Positions 14,273-28,300 are shown, counted from the first letter of the stretch. The stretch: DNA of 64,000 bases from Epiperipatus broadwayi (GCA_028023455.1 JAQFVV010000001.1:12958001-13022000), one strand, 5' to 3'. Translations and numbers: made by a program. Notes: generated by a model from the letters alone, not told the origin.

Positions 14273-16069
14273 GAGTATTTGTTGGCTTGCAATTTATTCT
14301 AGCAGCATATATTTAAAGCTGCATCTTTAATTTTGATGAGATTTGATATTTTGATTACATTATAAAGTTACAAAATCCCTTACATTATTAAGATTCAAAC
14401 ACTATAAGTCCATTGTTTAAAAAATAAAAATATTCATTATGATGCAGGTTTTGGTACATTATTCTGTTCTATCTAACATTTGAGGTTAAAATCTAGTGAT
14501 GTCAGAAATGTTTCAGCCTGAATCAAATAGTCATCCTAAATTGGTAGTAAAGGAAGTTCATGTCTTAAATGAAAAATAAGACAAGGAAAGAAAACCATAG
14601 TGATGGATCTTTCTGACGTTTGAACTTTTTATAAACTCCCAAGCAACCATTCAATAATTTTTTAATATATATATATTAGTCTAAATCACTCTTATATGAG
14701 CTAGATCAGACAAATACTACTGATTAGCTCAGATTATTGATTTTAATTGTTTGTAGCTGGATTATATTGTAGATGAAATTTTATCTAGATTATTTATTAT
14801 AAGAAAAAAATCCTTTATATTTTAATGTTTGTACATATATAATCTTATTTTCACTTCCTTGTACATCTGTAAAATTTTTACTTATGTATGTTAATATGCC
14901 TGGCAAAGTAGGTTATTCTTATTTCATCTACTATTTATTTGCCTAAGTGCACTTTCAGTACCAAGCATCATAATCACAGCTATCTTATTTCAATGCAGGA
15001 CTGCTTTATATATATATATAATTAATAATATAGTGATTTCTATATATGTAATATTGCAAAAATTATTATATATATACAAACTAATAAGATACATTGTCAC
15101 ATGTAGTTTAAAATAAGAAACTTCCTCTCTCCTATGTAAAAACTGAAATTGAGCAAGTAATATGCACATTAAAAATCAGACTCATAAATCAAGCCCTAAT
15201 TTAAGCAAGGTCAATAAATGTTGGTTTATTTGAAAAGTAAGCTGTAAGCATGGGTGGACCATCTTTGCATTTAAAACATTTATTGGTGATGAGAGGGTGT
15301 ATCAATTTATAATACATATGTGAAAAGATCCATAATATCACACACACACACACACATATATATATATACTTTGATTTACAATGTCAAACTTACAATAATC
15401 ACAACTTCAACACCATTTCAAATAAATACTACTAATTACATATTAATTAAAGTTATTTCTGCTCCAACATAAATGATTAATATATCTGTTTGTTAATTAA
15501 ATGAAAACTCATGGAATTATTCTTCCTCATCTATCTATTATCAGTTTATGAGAGGGGATATTGCTAGATTAAGTAATGGCAAGCTCCAACTGAAAATTAT
15601 TAAATATTATCATCATCATTATCATTATTATTGTTGTTATTATTGCTAGGTCATTCTTTGAAAGCATAAGATCTAATTTGCAGCAATTTATTCCATTTAG
15701 AAATATAATAAACAAAAAATCTCATGTAATAGTATCAACTACATATGTCCATTGCATCCATTACTCCATAACTATTTTATTTCCATCTTTGATTCCCAAC
15801 TATTTATTGATTACGGCAAAATACAAAAAATAATTGGCATGTTTGGATTAATATATTGCCCTACTATCTGGATAATCATTAATTACTCAAACTTATCATA
15901 GATGGCACTTAAATAGAAAAATGAGAAATACTATTGTAGTAAGCTGAAAGAATCAAGTGATGTTGTGTTGATAATTAGGTCATCCAAATAAGCTGATGAT
16001 TTTTTTAGTTCATAATCTATCCAAAAACCTATATAATTACTGCTATAAAATAAATATATATATATACCT

Positions 16070-19020
16070 TATGTATACTGGCCAGAGGCAAATCAAAGAA
16101 GAATAGCCCTCGCCAGCGGATTAGCTTGGAGAGTCTTGTTTATTCATTTTACTATTGTCTTTCTCTACATGATTTTGAAAAATTATTAGATTTTTATTCT
16201 CCAGTGGTTATTTAAACCGTTTTTTTTTTTTTTACTGTTTAAATAGTACTTTTTTTTTTAAAAAAAAAAAAAAGATTTTTTTAAAACGATAATTTAATGA
16301 AAAATATAAGATAAACTTTGAAAATCGTGAGAAGAAATAAATTATTATTGGCGAAATTAAAAAAAGAAAATACTTTCGGATTAGACTTGTTTTTAGAATA
16401 AGTAAATAGTGAAAAATATATTAGAGTATAGCATAAGAAGAAAAGAAAATGGAGGGAGAAAAGATGTGAGAGGATATCATTAAGTAGTTTAGAAGAAAAA
16501 ATAAAGAATGTGAAATAGGTAGCGCAAAAGGATGTGAAAATCCTGAATATTAATAGATGATAATAACAATAAACAAACATTTTTTTAAAAAAACGTTATT
16601 AAGAAATTTTTATAGATTTTTTTTAAAAAAAATAGTAACTATCAAATTCTTGCTGTATATATTGTAGTAATAAACTATGATTTAAAAAAAAAAAAAAAAA
16701 CTTGCAGTGCATGATACAACCACAAATTTATTATATAAAACTTTGTTTAAATCGATTTTCATAAATTTTAAAATTATTAATACTATAGATTTTAACTGTC
16801 TTATACAGTATATAAAATTCAACCTAAAAAAAAAGTAGACGTCGAATACTGTTACTTGATATGTTAAACACACGCGCATCCACATAAAATGATTGTTGTC
16901 AGTTTACTTTGATAAATAAATAAAAACAATAAATAGTAATTAAATATTAAAAAAGGAAAGAAAATTCGATCATTATGCTTCCCCCCCTCATCCAATGTTC
17001 ACCAAATACTAATCAGGAGAAGATAAGCTCAACCGTAATATTAGAAAACACCAATCGTCCGTATGTATATATAAATAGACACGCTCACAGCTATATTATT
17101 ATTACCAGTTTATAAAAAGACTATTTGAAAATATGATTTAAATTAACTATCAATAATTTTATTATAATACATAATAAATAAGTTCGATTTTAAATAATGT
17201 CATCAAAACAAAAACAAAATTTCATAATATTATTTTTACAGTTGTTGGACATTAAAATTTCAATTATTGTCGTTTAATTTTTAAAAACTTATTTTAAATT
17301 AAACGTTTAGCAGCTTTAAAAAATTATTTTCTCCAATCGTGAGGTTATGTATGTAAAATAGAAATAACTTTTTCAAGGAAACGTTTAATATTGGTAAAGT
17401 CTAGCATAAAGATTTCATTCTCATGCATTTGCGTTTCATAAAGTTTGTTAAAATAATATATCTTTAATTTAATGTAATAAACAACGTAATATCTTTTCTA
17501 TATATATATTTACCATTAATGTACATATTTAAATATTTAACTTTTAAAAAATAATCTCAGTTTTCACATTCGTCTTTTTTTTTTAAAAAAAAGTATTAAC
17601 TTTATTTACCCACCTGTTGCTAACTTTTTACCGAATTCTCGATTTTCCACAATGTAATCCAAGCCTATATGGGGTTCCATTTTGTCCCTATCCTAATCGA
17701 CACCTCCGCAATAGCTAGAATCAGGTACCTAATTCAGGGTCCTCTCCAAATTACGCTAAATTATAATCGTTGAGAATTACGGAGATCGACGAAGTAATGG
17801 CAAATTTTGAATGACCCATTTCCTGCAATCAAACTTTCTTGCTTAGTAAACTCGCTCTAATTTACCCACAGGACGTGGTCATCAAAACATTCAACAAATG
17901 TAGAATTAAAGTTAGCTTCTATGCCTGCAATCTCTGGCTACGTCTCTTAATCCTAAGGATTTGCCAATTTATCAGGCCTCTTCCATAAAAGGCTGACTCA
18001 TTTCTAGTTCCCAGTTAGAGAGCCGCAGGGGATAGAATCTTGTCAAATTCCGACAAACCTTCGCCCACTTACTGAGTTTGTTTGCGAAATCTTAACCTTG
18101 TTACATTTTTATAATATTGAATCTTTTGTTTTAATTATTACTTTTTTTTTATTTTTTCTTCCCGCCATTTCTTATTAGAATTGATATTTTAATTTAATAA
18201 CTTCGAACTTTCAATTATTATATAGTCTCAGCAGAAGGTATAGTTAATTAAAGATAATTAAAATTTTCACGTTCATCATAAAATCGTTATGCGTGTCTTA
18301 CGCCCTTTTATGTAACCTTAGAGATTTAATTATTTAATATTAATAAAATTATTTTTTATTTTAAACTTATGACTATTTTTATATAAGATTAGTTTTTTGT
18401 ATATATTACATAAAGTTGAAAGATATTATACATATATAATTATGAAATATTAAATATTGCCTGAAGTAAAATATATATATATGTGTGTGGAACTTAAGTT
18501 CTGTTGTATGTTACATTTACATGCCTTGCAATTCTAGCTGCAGGCCGCCAAAGCTTAGCAGAATCAAATCTTGATGTACTTCAAATACCATCAATTTAAT
18601 AAATCTTTATTCCATAAATTTAAATTCTAACAGAAATTGTTTTTCACAAATGCATTATTAAAAATCTTATACGATCAGCTATAAGGAAATCATGTAATGT
18701 TTGAACATCAAAGCGATAGGCAGTACAGAGGTTTGTTGTTTTTTTATTTACTTTCTACACAGGTAAGAAAACCCCTTTAATTACTGAATCAATGAAAACA
18801 ACAATCCACTCATAGACACAAAAAGAATTAAAACAAATAGCCACATTATTTTGCAATGATTTTTTTTTAAGTATAAAATATTTCAAGATTATTTGTTATT
18901 TATTTGAATAAAAATACTTAGCCTTTGAAAACATTCCTAGTTATTTTGTGTTTGTGCGCGCGCGTTTCGTAATATTATTCAAAATATGATCAAGATATCA
19001 ACATTATCAGTCGTTATAAG
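16070..19020. promoter_or_regulatory. CpG-retaining, promoter-like zone around a first exon (possibly bidirectional)
   Basis: CG dinucleotides are visibly frequent here (e.g. ACACGCGCATC, GTGCGCGCGCGTTTCG) against a CpG-poor background. Contains a GC-richer block at 17.6-18.1k and splice donors on both strands. Qualitative, not counted. Confidence 0.5.
17614..17680 (-). CDS. INF2: First coding exon of an inverted formin-2 / form3-like formin (DID N-terminus), MEPHIGLDYIVENREFGKKLAT
   Basis: ATG at 17680 with an in-frame TAG five codons upstream; 67 nt end at a phase-1 donor ACAG/GTGGGT. The peptide resembles, from memory, the GLDYIVEN...KL..ALDT segment of invertebrate INF2/form3 (human INF2 GIEYILSNQGYVRQL). 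The next exon was not found in the window. Confidence 0.6.
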
Positions 19021-19078
19021 CAATTTAATATGATTTCAATATCCTCTTTTTTAGGTTGTAATGATATTTTCAATACTC

Positions 19079-19109
<31 letters not shown>

Positions 19110-19299
19110 ACTAAAATCACCACATTAAAAACTAAATGCATCACCTTTTCAATTTTAATTCACCAACCATTTTTAATCATTCTTTGTTTATTTCCTGCAA
19201 GCTTAAAAAAAAAGTGGAGTCATTTGATATATGACTCTATTTTTTATTTATTTATTTATTTTATTGACTATTTATAATCTTTGCTTCTAGTCTTAAGCA

Positions 19300-19630
19300 A
19301 TGTTATATTGCTAAGACTTCTAATATATGGTTTGGCTGAAGATCTCTTAGCTCCATATAGCCATTTGAGTTAGATAGCTGGGTTTGAAGACATTTAGGTG
19401 TCTGAAAACTTCAGATTTTCTACTCAATAATCAACTCTTAGATGACTGCTGGCTTTGGGTTGGTGTTTTTAGATCTGTGTCTGAAGCTACCATAGTGCCT
19501 CTCTGAGGAGTGCCAAAAGCATGAAACTATTGGTCAGGGATGGGGAGGGTTCAGATAGAGATATTTTAAGTGTTTTCTCTTGCTAAGCATTTATCTCAAA
19601 GCTTATTGAGCAATTAGAAAAGCTCTTTGT
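19300..19630 (+). mobile_element. Diverged family C/D retrozyme-like monomer
   Basis: Homologous to 33780-33990 (GCTGGGTTTGAAGAC...GTCTGAAAA; GTGTTTTTAGATCT) and to the reverse complement of 31.8k. Confidence 0.7.
19499..19539 (+). ncRNA. Minimal type I hammerhead ribozyme (family C/D)
   Basis: CTCT-CTGAGGA-GTGC-CAAAA-GCAT-GAAA-CTATTG-GTC-AGGG. Complete core, GUC triplet, 4-bp stem I. Confidence 0.7.
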
Positions 19631-21012
19631 TTATTCTTAAGTCTTTTTGATAGTTCTTAAACTTTGGTGCTTCTAGATCTTTATACTGCTTAAGAGAAAA
19701 CCATTCTATCAAACAGATAACAGCACTTTTTTTAATTAACCAAATCACTAATAAGGACAATATTTTTTTTATTAAACCCAAAACAGGCTTATTCATATAT
19801 TTATAATATATTTCTTTATAGAATGATTCCATGCCTCAATTAAAATCCAAATTATTATTTATAATACTAGCTCCTGCAGAGCTGTTGAAAGTTAGCATAA
19901 TATAGTTGCTTCCAAAGAATAAATATCACATTTCCTACCAGTATATTTAGAATAGGTTATATTTTTAAAGCAACCTTGGTACATACTACTCTATGAAGTG
20001 CACATTTAACATTATATTCTGACTTCTAATTAAAAATAATATATAAAAGCCATAGCTTAGAACATTGCTTAACAAAGTATTATAATCATCAATTCATGGA
20101 TTATGCAAAATTCATTAACTTCACATCATCTCAGTTCACAAAAACAATATTATTTCCAAGATTTTGGTTTATGCCTTATTATTTCTGTCAATAAACACAT
20201 TAAATTATTCAGTTTTTTAATGATCAATTATGATTGAAGGTGGATTTTTTATATATCTAAATATTTTTGTGGATTCTGGACATAGAAATGATTGCACAAT
20301 ACTAAATTTAATATTATTAGCATTTTACTGATACATTTATAAATTTCTAAGAAAATCAGTTTTTAGATGGCATATTGAATCTAATAATAATAATAATAAT
20401 CAAATAGCACCTCTAAGAAGTCAAGTGATGTTTGAATGCTGGAAGAAAAAGAATTGAGCTTTGGTCTAGAAACTTCAGCTTTTTCATCCATCATTCTACC
20501 ATTATCATAAACTGTTCAGAAGAATAAATGAGATACCATGCTATCTCATTTCACTTTATGATCTGCTTTTCTAAAAGAATTTGTAGCCATTTACCTATTC
20601 CATTAAATTTTCTTTCTATAAAAATGAGTTTGACTAGAGAGATATATTTTAGTTATTGTTAATGTCAGGTTTTGAAGCATTCATATCAGGCTAAGTTTAC
20701 CCATTCCATGTTTTTATATTTAAAAAAAATGTAAATACCAATATTACTCTCTTTTGCTATTATTACCACAACTATGAGTCAGGCCTGCTAGTCTACCTTT
20801 TCAATATTATTTTACATTTTCTGAATAAAACTTCTGTTCTAAATTTAATATGTGACTCACTCTTATTATAGTGTCGTATGTATGATCACAATAAAAAATG
20901 AATTAAACCTTTTAAATCTAATATTGCTAGTTTCTTGCATATAAAATGATTGAAGTCTGAATTAAATGTCTTAAATGTTATTTCATAATCCATTCTCACA
21001 GTTGGTGTATAA

Positions 21013-23354
21013 CAGAGGTCAGCAACTTTTTGAGAAAGAGGGCCAGACTGCTATGCAGTGTCTTGAAGGAGAACAATGATGCCAAATATACTATAAATAA
21101 ATCATCTCCACCATACATTGCTCTGTCCAGAAAGGCATCTTGATCTGGATAAGTAAAAAAAAAAAAAACAAGAAATTCAATGAAATTTTATTTAAACAAG
21201 GTTATTAATTTTACTCTAAGACTAACAAGAAAACAACTACTTACTGCAAACACAACAAAAAAAATGCAAATTCCTTACTATAAACAAAATATAATTAGAA
21301 ATGGCAAATTAATTAATGTGATACTTGTTTCTACTTATTGTTTACTAACTTCTCCAGATCAGGAGAAATATTTATTGATGCCAGAAGCAAAACATCATTC
21401 AGGTGGTCATCATGCAACTTTGTTTTTAAATGACTTGTTAAAATATTTCATTTTTGAAAAACATTGTTCACAAGCATATGTACTTTCAAATAATGATGCC
21501 ATTATTTTTGCATTATTCATAATGTTTTTATATTTTCCATTTGGCAATACATATTTCTTGTAGAAATTAGCAGTGAACTCAAAGTGAAATTTTGATTTCA
21601 AAAATTCATCACATTGTAAGTCGATTAACTTCTGATATTTTTCTGCCACTTTTTCCACATCAATTTTATAAGGAAAACTAAACAATATAAATTGATTTTT
21701 TTATATTGTTGGAATTTCACAAAATGGAAGACAAACTCACTTCTCAAATCCTGAATAGAGCTCACAAAGGTGTCTGGTGTTATATCTTTCATGTGATTTT
21801 GGAGATTTGAAAAATGAGAATCGTTGCCTGTCTGAAGTTATGATTCCCACAGTCAAAGTTACTTTCAAAAGCAGTAATGTGCCTAAACATTTCAAATATA
21901 AGCTTGTTTCTTTCTTAAAATTCAAGATCCAAATTGTTGATGTGGGTAATGATGTCTACCATAAATACTAATTTGATAATCCACTGCGGATCCTGAAAGC
22001 AAGGATTATCTTGATCTTTTCTCTCTAAAAACATATCAATCTCTTCTCTCATTGCATATACTCATTCCAGCATTTTTCCTCAGCTAAGCCATCAAACATT
22101 AAAAAAATATGTAAAATCACTATAATCTGCTTCAAATTGTTTTAGAAATTCTTGAAACTGGTGGTGATATAGTTCTCTCAAAAGTATACATTTTACTATT
22201 TTTATGCTCACTGCCATGATATCATTAAAATTCAAAGACTTTGCACATAATCCATACTGATGAATAATGCAGAATGTAGTGAAGTTTGATTAGTAATACC
22301 AATGTGTTCTTGAAACAATGAAACAAATTCCTTTTTTCTCCAACATCACTGATGTTCCATCTGTTTTTACTCCAATAAGCTTTGATAAATCAATATTTAT
22401 TTCAGAAATAGATTTTATAATGCCTACCAAAATATCTTCTCCAATGCTACTGTCCTTCATAGGAATCAATTGAACAAATTCTTCAACAATATTAAATGTC
22501 AGTGTTACACTCTCATAAGTATTGCAAGATGGCAACTATCCATCATATTTGTGGTTTCATCAATAGCAATGGAATATACTTCAGATTTGTTAAAATGCCC
22601 TTTCTGCCAGTTCTTCAATTTGTCTTGTTACAGTTCTTGCTGATAAGCTAATTGCAAAAAATATTTTTTTTTTCTAGAAAAGCAACATCATTACCTTCAT
22701 CATACATACTTTGAAGAATTCTCCAACAGTAAAAGGTTTTACCTTTTCTGAAATTGCCTCATAGCTAGCATGAGTGTTTCAGTCAAATTCTTCAAATTTT
22801 CTTGTGAAAAAAGATAACTGCTTTGTTAAATTATTTCTGTTATGCAATTTTGTCTTCTCATGTTTATCCAGTGAAATTATTGTAAAAATTATGATGAGTT
22901 TCATATTGTCATTAATATTTGAAACTTTCTTCATAGCAATGGTATCTTGACAAATCAATCAAATACATTTCCCAAAATGCTCAATGACAAAATAGTTAAG
23001 TGTCCAATATTCATTTAAATTTCAGCACTCAAGATCTATCTTTCTTTTCTTAGTATCCATGAGTTTGTTTTTGCTCAGAAAAAAAATGAATTTCTGGAAA
23101 GAATAGAAAAAAATAAGAAATCAGTATGGAAAATAAGAAACAATGCAAACAAATGTGTCTGCAGATATAGTAATGGTTGAGATTTAATAATTGTGAATAA
23201 ATTTTTAGTAAACATTTTCTGGTAGACTGATATCTAACCATTGACTGTTACTTATCTAATGTTTATATAATTGGTGTCAGTTGTTAAATTTGAGGGCCAG
23301 ACAAAAATCTCATGGGCTGAATGTGACCTATGGGTATGGGATTGCTGACCCCTG
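21013..23354 (-). mobile_element. Complete hAT DNA transposon, Buster/Charlie (SPIN/GTF2IRD2-like), 2342 bp
   Basis: TIRs CAGAGGTCAGCAA (21013) and TTGCTGACCCCTG (23354). 8-bp TSD GTGTATAA / GTGTAAAA matches nnnTAnnn. Confidence 0.9.
21400..23060 (-). pseudogene. hAT transposase pseudogene (stops and frameshifts)
   Basis: Fragments MDTKKRKIDLEC*NLNEYW..YF...LIC, YSIAIDETT, EEFVQLIPMKDSSIGEDI...KTDG and STYACEQCFS. Confidence 0.85.
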
Positions 23355-23981
23355 GTGTAAAATGATAACCAATGAAATGAGGAATCCATGTTAGCTGTGG
23401 TCTATATCAGGTAAAATGACTGAAAACATCATGGCACAAAAAAATAGAGAAAATGAAAAACAATGTACAAAAATGAACAGAAAAAATAAATAAAAATATG
23501 GTTTACATAAGAAAATAGCATCTAATCTTTGATGACTAATAATATAAGTTTAGCAGAAGATGGTTTTTGGTAAAACTCTTTGTATTAGTTATTCATAATT
23601 AATACAAAACTTATTGATAGTCTGGTTTCAGCATCTGATGTCATTAAGGAAATCTTATATAATTATTTGAAAAATCCTTTCTCTTCTGTTAACATTGCAT
23701 TTTATTTATTATGAACTAATATTAACGTTAGGATTGTTCAACAATCTTCTTAAAGATTTTTTTTTGTATTGCATTTAAACAAAAAAGTAAAGAAACTCAT
23801 TGAAGAAGAATATTGAAGAATCCAAACGTTAATATTTGAACCTTGCAAAAATTAAGAGTAAAAAGAAAATAGTTTACTCAAGATTTATAAAAATATTGTG
23901 ATCACAATTTACTCATTGCTGGCTATTTTTAGAAATTATTTGCAAAATAATTTATTGGGGTTGCTTGCATTAGTTTTTGTG

Positions 23982-24064
<83 letters not shown>
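23982..24064. repeat. Compound microsatellite (ATC)n(ATT)n, likely the 3' tail of the minus-strand LINE
   Basis: Read directly. A minus-strand AATAAA lies just upstream, at about 24077-24082. Confidence 0.9.
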
Positions 24065-24829
24065 GTTTTAAAGCAACTTTATTCATCAAACAAAGGTTAC
24101 ATCAGTGTACTTAATTTTACAAAGAAAAAACAACGGTCTAAGTACATGAGTTGTAGCAGCATTTACATGTAAATATATTTATTTTTAATACACAGTGCAT
24201 GAAACTCAGAATAAAATCAATATATATATATATAGTCAATATAAGGAGGTCTGCTAAATTGGCTAAAGAATTGATGGACTGCGGCTGTAAGCGTTGATTC
24301 AGTTTTGACAAAAGTTTATTACATATTTTTCTGCTAAATAATCTGGGAAATTGATGGGTTTTTTATTATTAGCATTAGTTCAGTTTTTGCAAAGGTTGAT
24401 ATTGTTCATATACAAAGTGGAAAGGTAATCATTGGTGTATCAGTGAGCATTCAGGTAAAGTCTGCTATATCTTGTAGGTAAATGATTATAATTAGGGTAT
24501 GTTGCAATGCTGTATTTATCAGTATTATAGCATATGGTTGGAGACTTGTTTCAGGAGTGACCATGTAGTGGCAATGTCTGGATGTGCAAGTTTACTATTC
24601 CTGGACCTCAGTTGTTCAAGCTTGTTGGTAAAAGTGTTTGGATGGTGACAGATTTGCTCATGTGCACCAAAAAAAGCATTCAAATTAAATGTTACTGCAT
24701 GAATAGCTGGGGAAATGTTTCTGTTGTATGTCTCAAGGATGCTGTTTATTGTGAGAGTATTTCACCTGTATGTGTTTAACATGATTTCCTGAGTGCACTG
24801 CTAATGCTAGACAGATATAAATAGATGAT

Positions 24830-25365
24830 ATATACAATAGTCAAATATTTAGTGTAACAATTATTTGTCAAAGTTGTTATATACATATACTTAATATAAT
24901 AATCAATCTAAACAACTAATTATATTTACAATTATTTAATTATCAACCTGGCTTTTATCTCTTATTGAGCTCTTAATTACATTCACTCCATCTATTGAAC
25001 AGTATTCACCTTAAACAATATAACTGACATTATATATAAAAAATTTAAAACTATATAAATACATATATTTTTTTATATATACCTATATAAACCAATAAAT
25101 ATTCTATTCAACTTCCCCTGTTTTTTTTTGTAAACTTTCATTCACAATTCTACCATATTTTTTAAATCTTCCAATTATTTAATAATGCCCACTTTCCACC
25201 TCACTTTGCTAGGCCATTAACTATAGTTACACATCTATCCAAATTTTTCTGAATGCTTCTTTTAAAATAATATTTAACATATTTTGTAACTCTAATATTT
25301 TTTTCACACTCTATTTTATGACCTGTATCTAAATAATGTATATATGATTGGTACTGCATATCCTC
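24830..25365 (-). mobile_element. 3' fragment of a PLE related to the intact element, inserted in the LINE
   Basis: Translates HYLDTGHKIECEKNIRV (compare HYLQYGHKINCIDNISV in the intact ORF). Shares ATATTTGACTATTGTATA with the pLTR at about 61303-61320. Confidence 0.6.
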
Positions 25366-28300
25366 TTCTCTGTGACCTAGTTGATAGAATGGATCAATTG
25401 TTGTGTTCAGTTTGCAGAATCATAGAAAGTGGGATGCGAGTAGGGAGTATAAGTTAAGTATCAGGAGAAAGTCAAAAGTTTTGGTTCTAGAGATCATTTT
25501 TTAAATCTATGAAGTATCTGTCTATTATTTATTCTTAGCATTGGACATGATGGATCAATAGATGGATTTGGATATAATAGATTGTGAATGCTCCAGTAGA
25601 TATACTTACATGTGTTAAGTAGTGATATTTGATTGTAGATACTTTGTAATTGGTATATGCATGATAACAGGAATCCATGTGATAGGGTGGTCTATCTGCT
25701 GCTATTATGTGTATAATACATTCTGATGTTGCAAATCATCTTATAATAGTAGTTAGGAAATTTATACTCTTTTGGATGTGGAAAACTTGTCAGGAGTAAA
25801 GTCCCAGTTCCTTTTGTTCTGTTAAAAAACTAAACCATTTGGCAAATATAGAGACAGTCTTTCTGTGCCATAGCAATTTTCCATGAAGTGAAAAAATATA
25901 GAGTTAAGAAAATTTGGCAAACTTTATAGTAGGCAAGTAATTGGCTATTTTTGTAATAATTAGTTGGTTGAAAAGGCAAATTTTTGAGTAAAGTGAAAGC
26001 CAGGTCTTGGAAAGCAAAGTAGTTATCCTTTCAGCATCATTTTAAAACTTTTTTTTTGGATTTTTAGCCTCATAACATCCTAGATAAAAAGAGAATCCAA
26101 GAAATAGAAAAGGTTGGCCATGCTAAATTTGTGCATATGGATTGCCATTGTAAAGAAACCATGCAGAGGTTTGGTTCAAATTAAACTTAAGTTTAAATTC
26201 TGCAGTGTAGTCATCAACTGTTTTCTGTAAAATAGGTAATTGTATTTTGAAGGCAATGAAACAATGATATCATCCATGTAAACAATCTAAGATATGTATA
26301 AGTCAGTATTCAAAATTTGAATGCATGGAATTTTTTGTTGAATTTTGTTTATAAGAGCATTAATGTAAAACATAAACAAGCCACCGATGATTCCCTGTAG
26401 CACAATTGGCTGGGGACAAAAGAAGGTGATGCTCTATGATTGAGAGTTAATGTGAATTTCTCAGCTTAGTAATAGGTTGGTAAATGTGTATAGATGGGTA
26501 GGAGGTGTTGTTGTGGTTGTGAGCATGTGAATTAAATATCAACTGGAATTGAGTCAAAAGCAGCTTCAATGTCAATTTGAACTGCTTGTCCTGGGGATGA
26601 ATCCTTCTTGGCATAGTGCATAGATGATATTAGATGATTATGTGTGGTTCTATTTTTTTTAGTATTTTTTTCAAGAATTTTAACACCAAGAGGCCTCATG
26701 AAGATTGGTTGTAGGTTAACTAAATTGGTTATATAAATAGCTTTTTTATTTAATGGAACTAGAGAGGTGGGATATAAACCTTGTATGTTATATAACCTTT
26801 ATGATAGAAAATTAGTTAACTTACAGAGGTAAAATGATTAAGTTGTGCAAAGACAAATTTAGGGATTTCATAGGGCTTAGAGAGATGGTTGTTTGGTATT
26901 GTTCAGCAGTATTGAAGGGTGCATTGAACTCCAGTTGTCCAAAGAAGTTTACTTTGGGTTTAAAGACACTGTATGTTTGCACTTCTGTCTAAAATGCTTA
27001 TAAATTGGCTCTATAATGTTATATCTGGCATTGATTTCCAGGGCTAGAGGAACTGTAATTCTGGAAGGTTAGCCTAAAGCCTACCAGATGTATCCATGGA
27101 TCTATGTGTGTTGTTGAGTCAGGCAGATTTTTTTTGCTAGATACTCATTAAGTAGTTGCATGTGTTGTTATATAAGTGTGTAAGCTTTCAAATGTGTGTA
27201 GGCATATTTGACATGTGGTAATTCTCCTGTGTAGTTCATCAGCTAAGGCTAGTGGTTTGGAGGGTAGGGAAATAGCACATGTGATATGGTTGATGTTAAA
27301 TGATAATATACTTATAAATGAGGTAGATATATTGCTGGACAAGCTCAAGGGGCATATGTTTAAATTTAAATAACATTGTGTATATTTCTGAGCATAAAAA
27401 TGCAGTGGTCATCAATGGCAGCTGACTGAAGTTTGTTTTATGAAAACAAATAGTGATTGTTTGTGCAGCATCTAAATCAAGAGTAAGTATCTGGATGGTG
27501 ATCTGAGAAGGGTAATGGACTAAGTTTCAGCACTCATTAATGAAAGTGCAAGTTGGTGAAGCCAACTGGAAACAATGGTAGAGTAGCTTATATTAAAGTC
27601 ACCTAGAAGAATGACTGGATTTGAGGTTGATGAGAGTAAGTATTAACCTTATAATAACTGTAGGATCAGGAAGTACATATACAAATATCACATTAAGAAT
27701 AATATTCTGGTGGTGGAATGTAACTATGAGCAGGTTGGAGTCAATGTAAATTACTTTGAAGGAAGAAGAGAGGCAGGCTCAAGTTATGATCAAACTAGTA
27801 CTCACTGAATTAATAATAAATCCTTGGAGCACACACAAAAACGTTAGACACATAGAAATCCAGTTGGACCAATTCAAGAGTCACTATGTATGTTTGTCTC
27901 CAGAAGGCCTACAATATGTGGTTGTATAATTTGTATCCATTTGTTCAGCTAATGATTTTTTGGGACTGAGTTCAAACCACAAACTTTAAAGAATGATGTT
28001 TTCAGCTTCATATCTAGTAATATAGGAAAAAGGTTACTATTGGAGGAGGCTGTATGAAAAAGTGTTCATTTTGAGTGCTATCTTTTACAGATGAGTAGCT
28101 GCCAAGAGTTCAAATAAATGCTTTTTAGAGTTGACATCAATGGCAGTTGACTGAAGTTTGTTTTTGAAAGTGTTACTTTTTTTCTGTGAAGGACTGGCAG
28201 CAACATGATTAGAAGATATTTCAGGGTTGAAATTCAGTTCTATATATAAGTTGCAGGTTGGTGATTGAGAGCAATTATGATCTGGGATGTAGTCCAGGAG

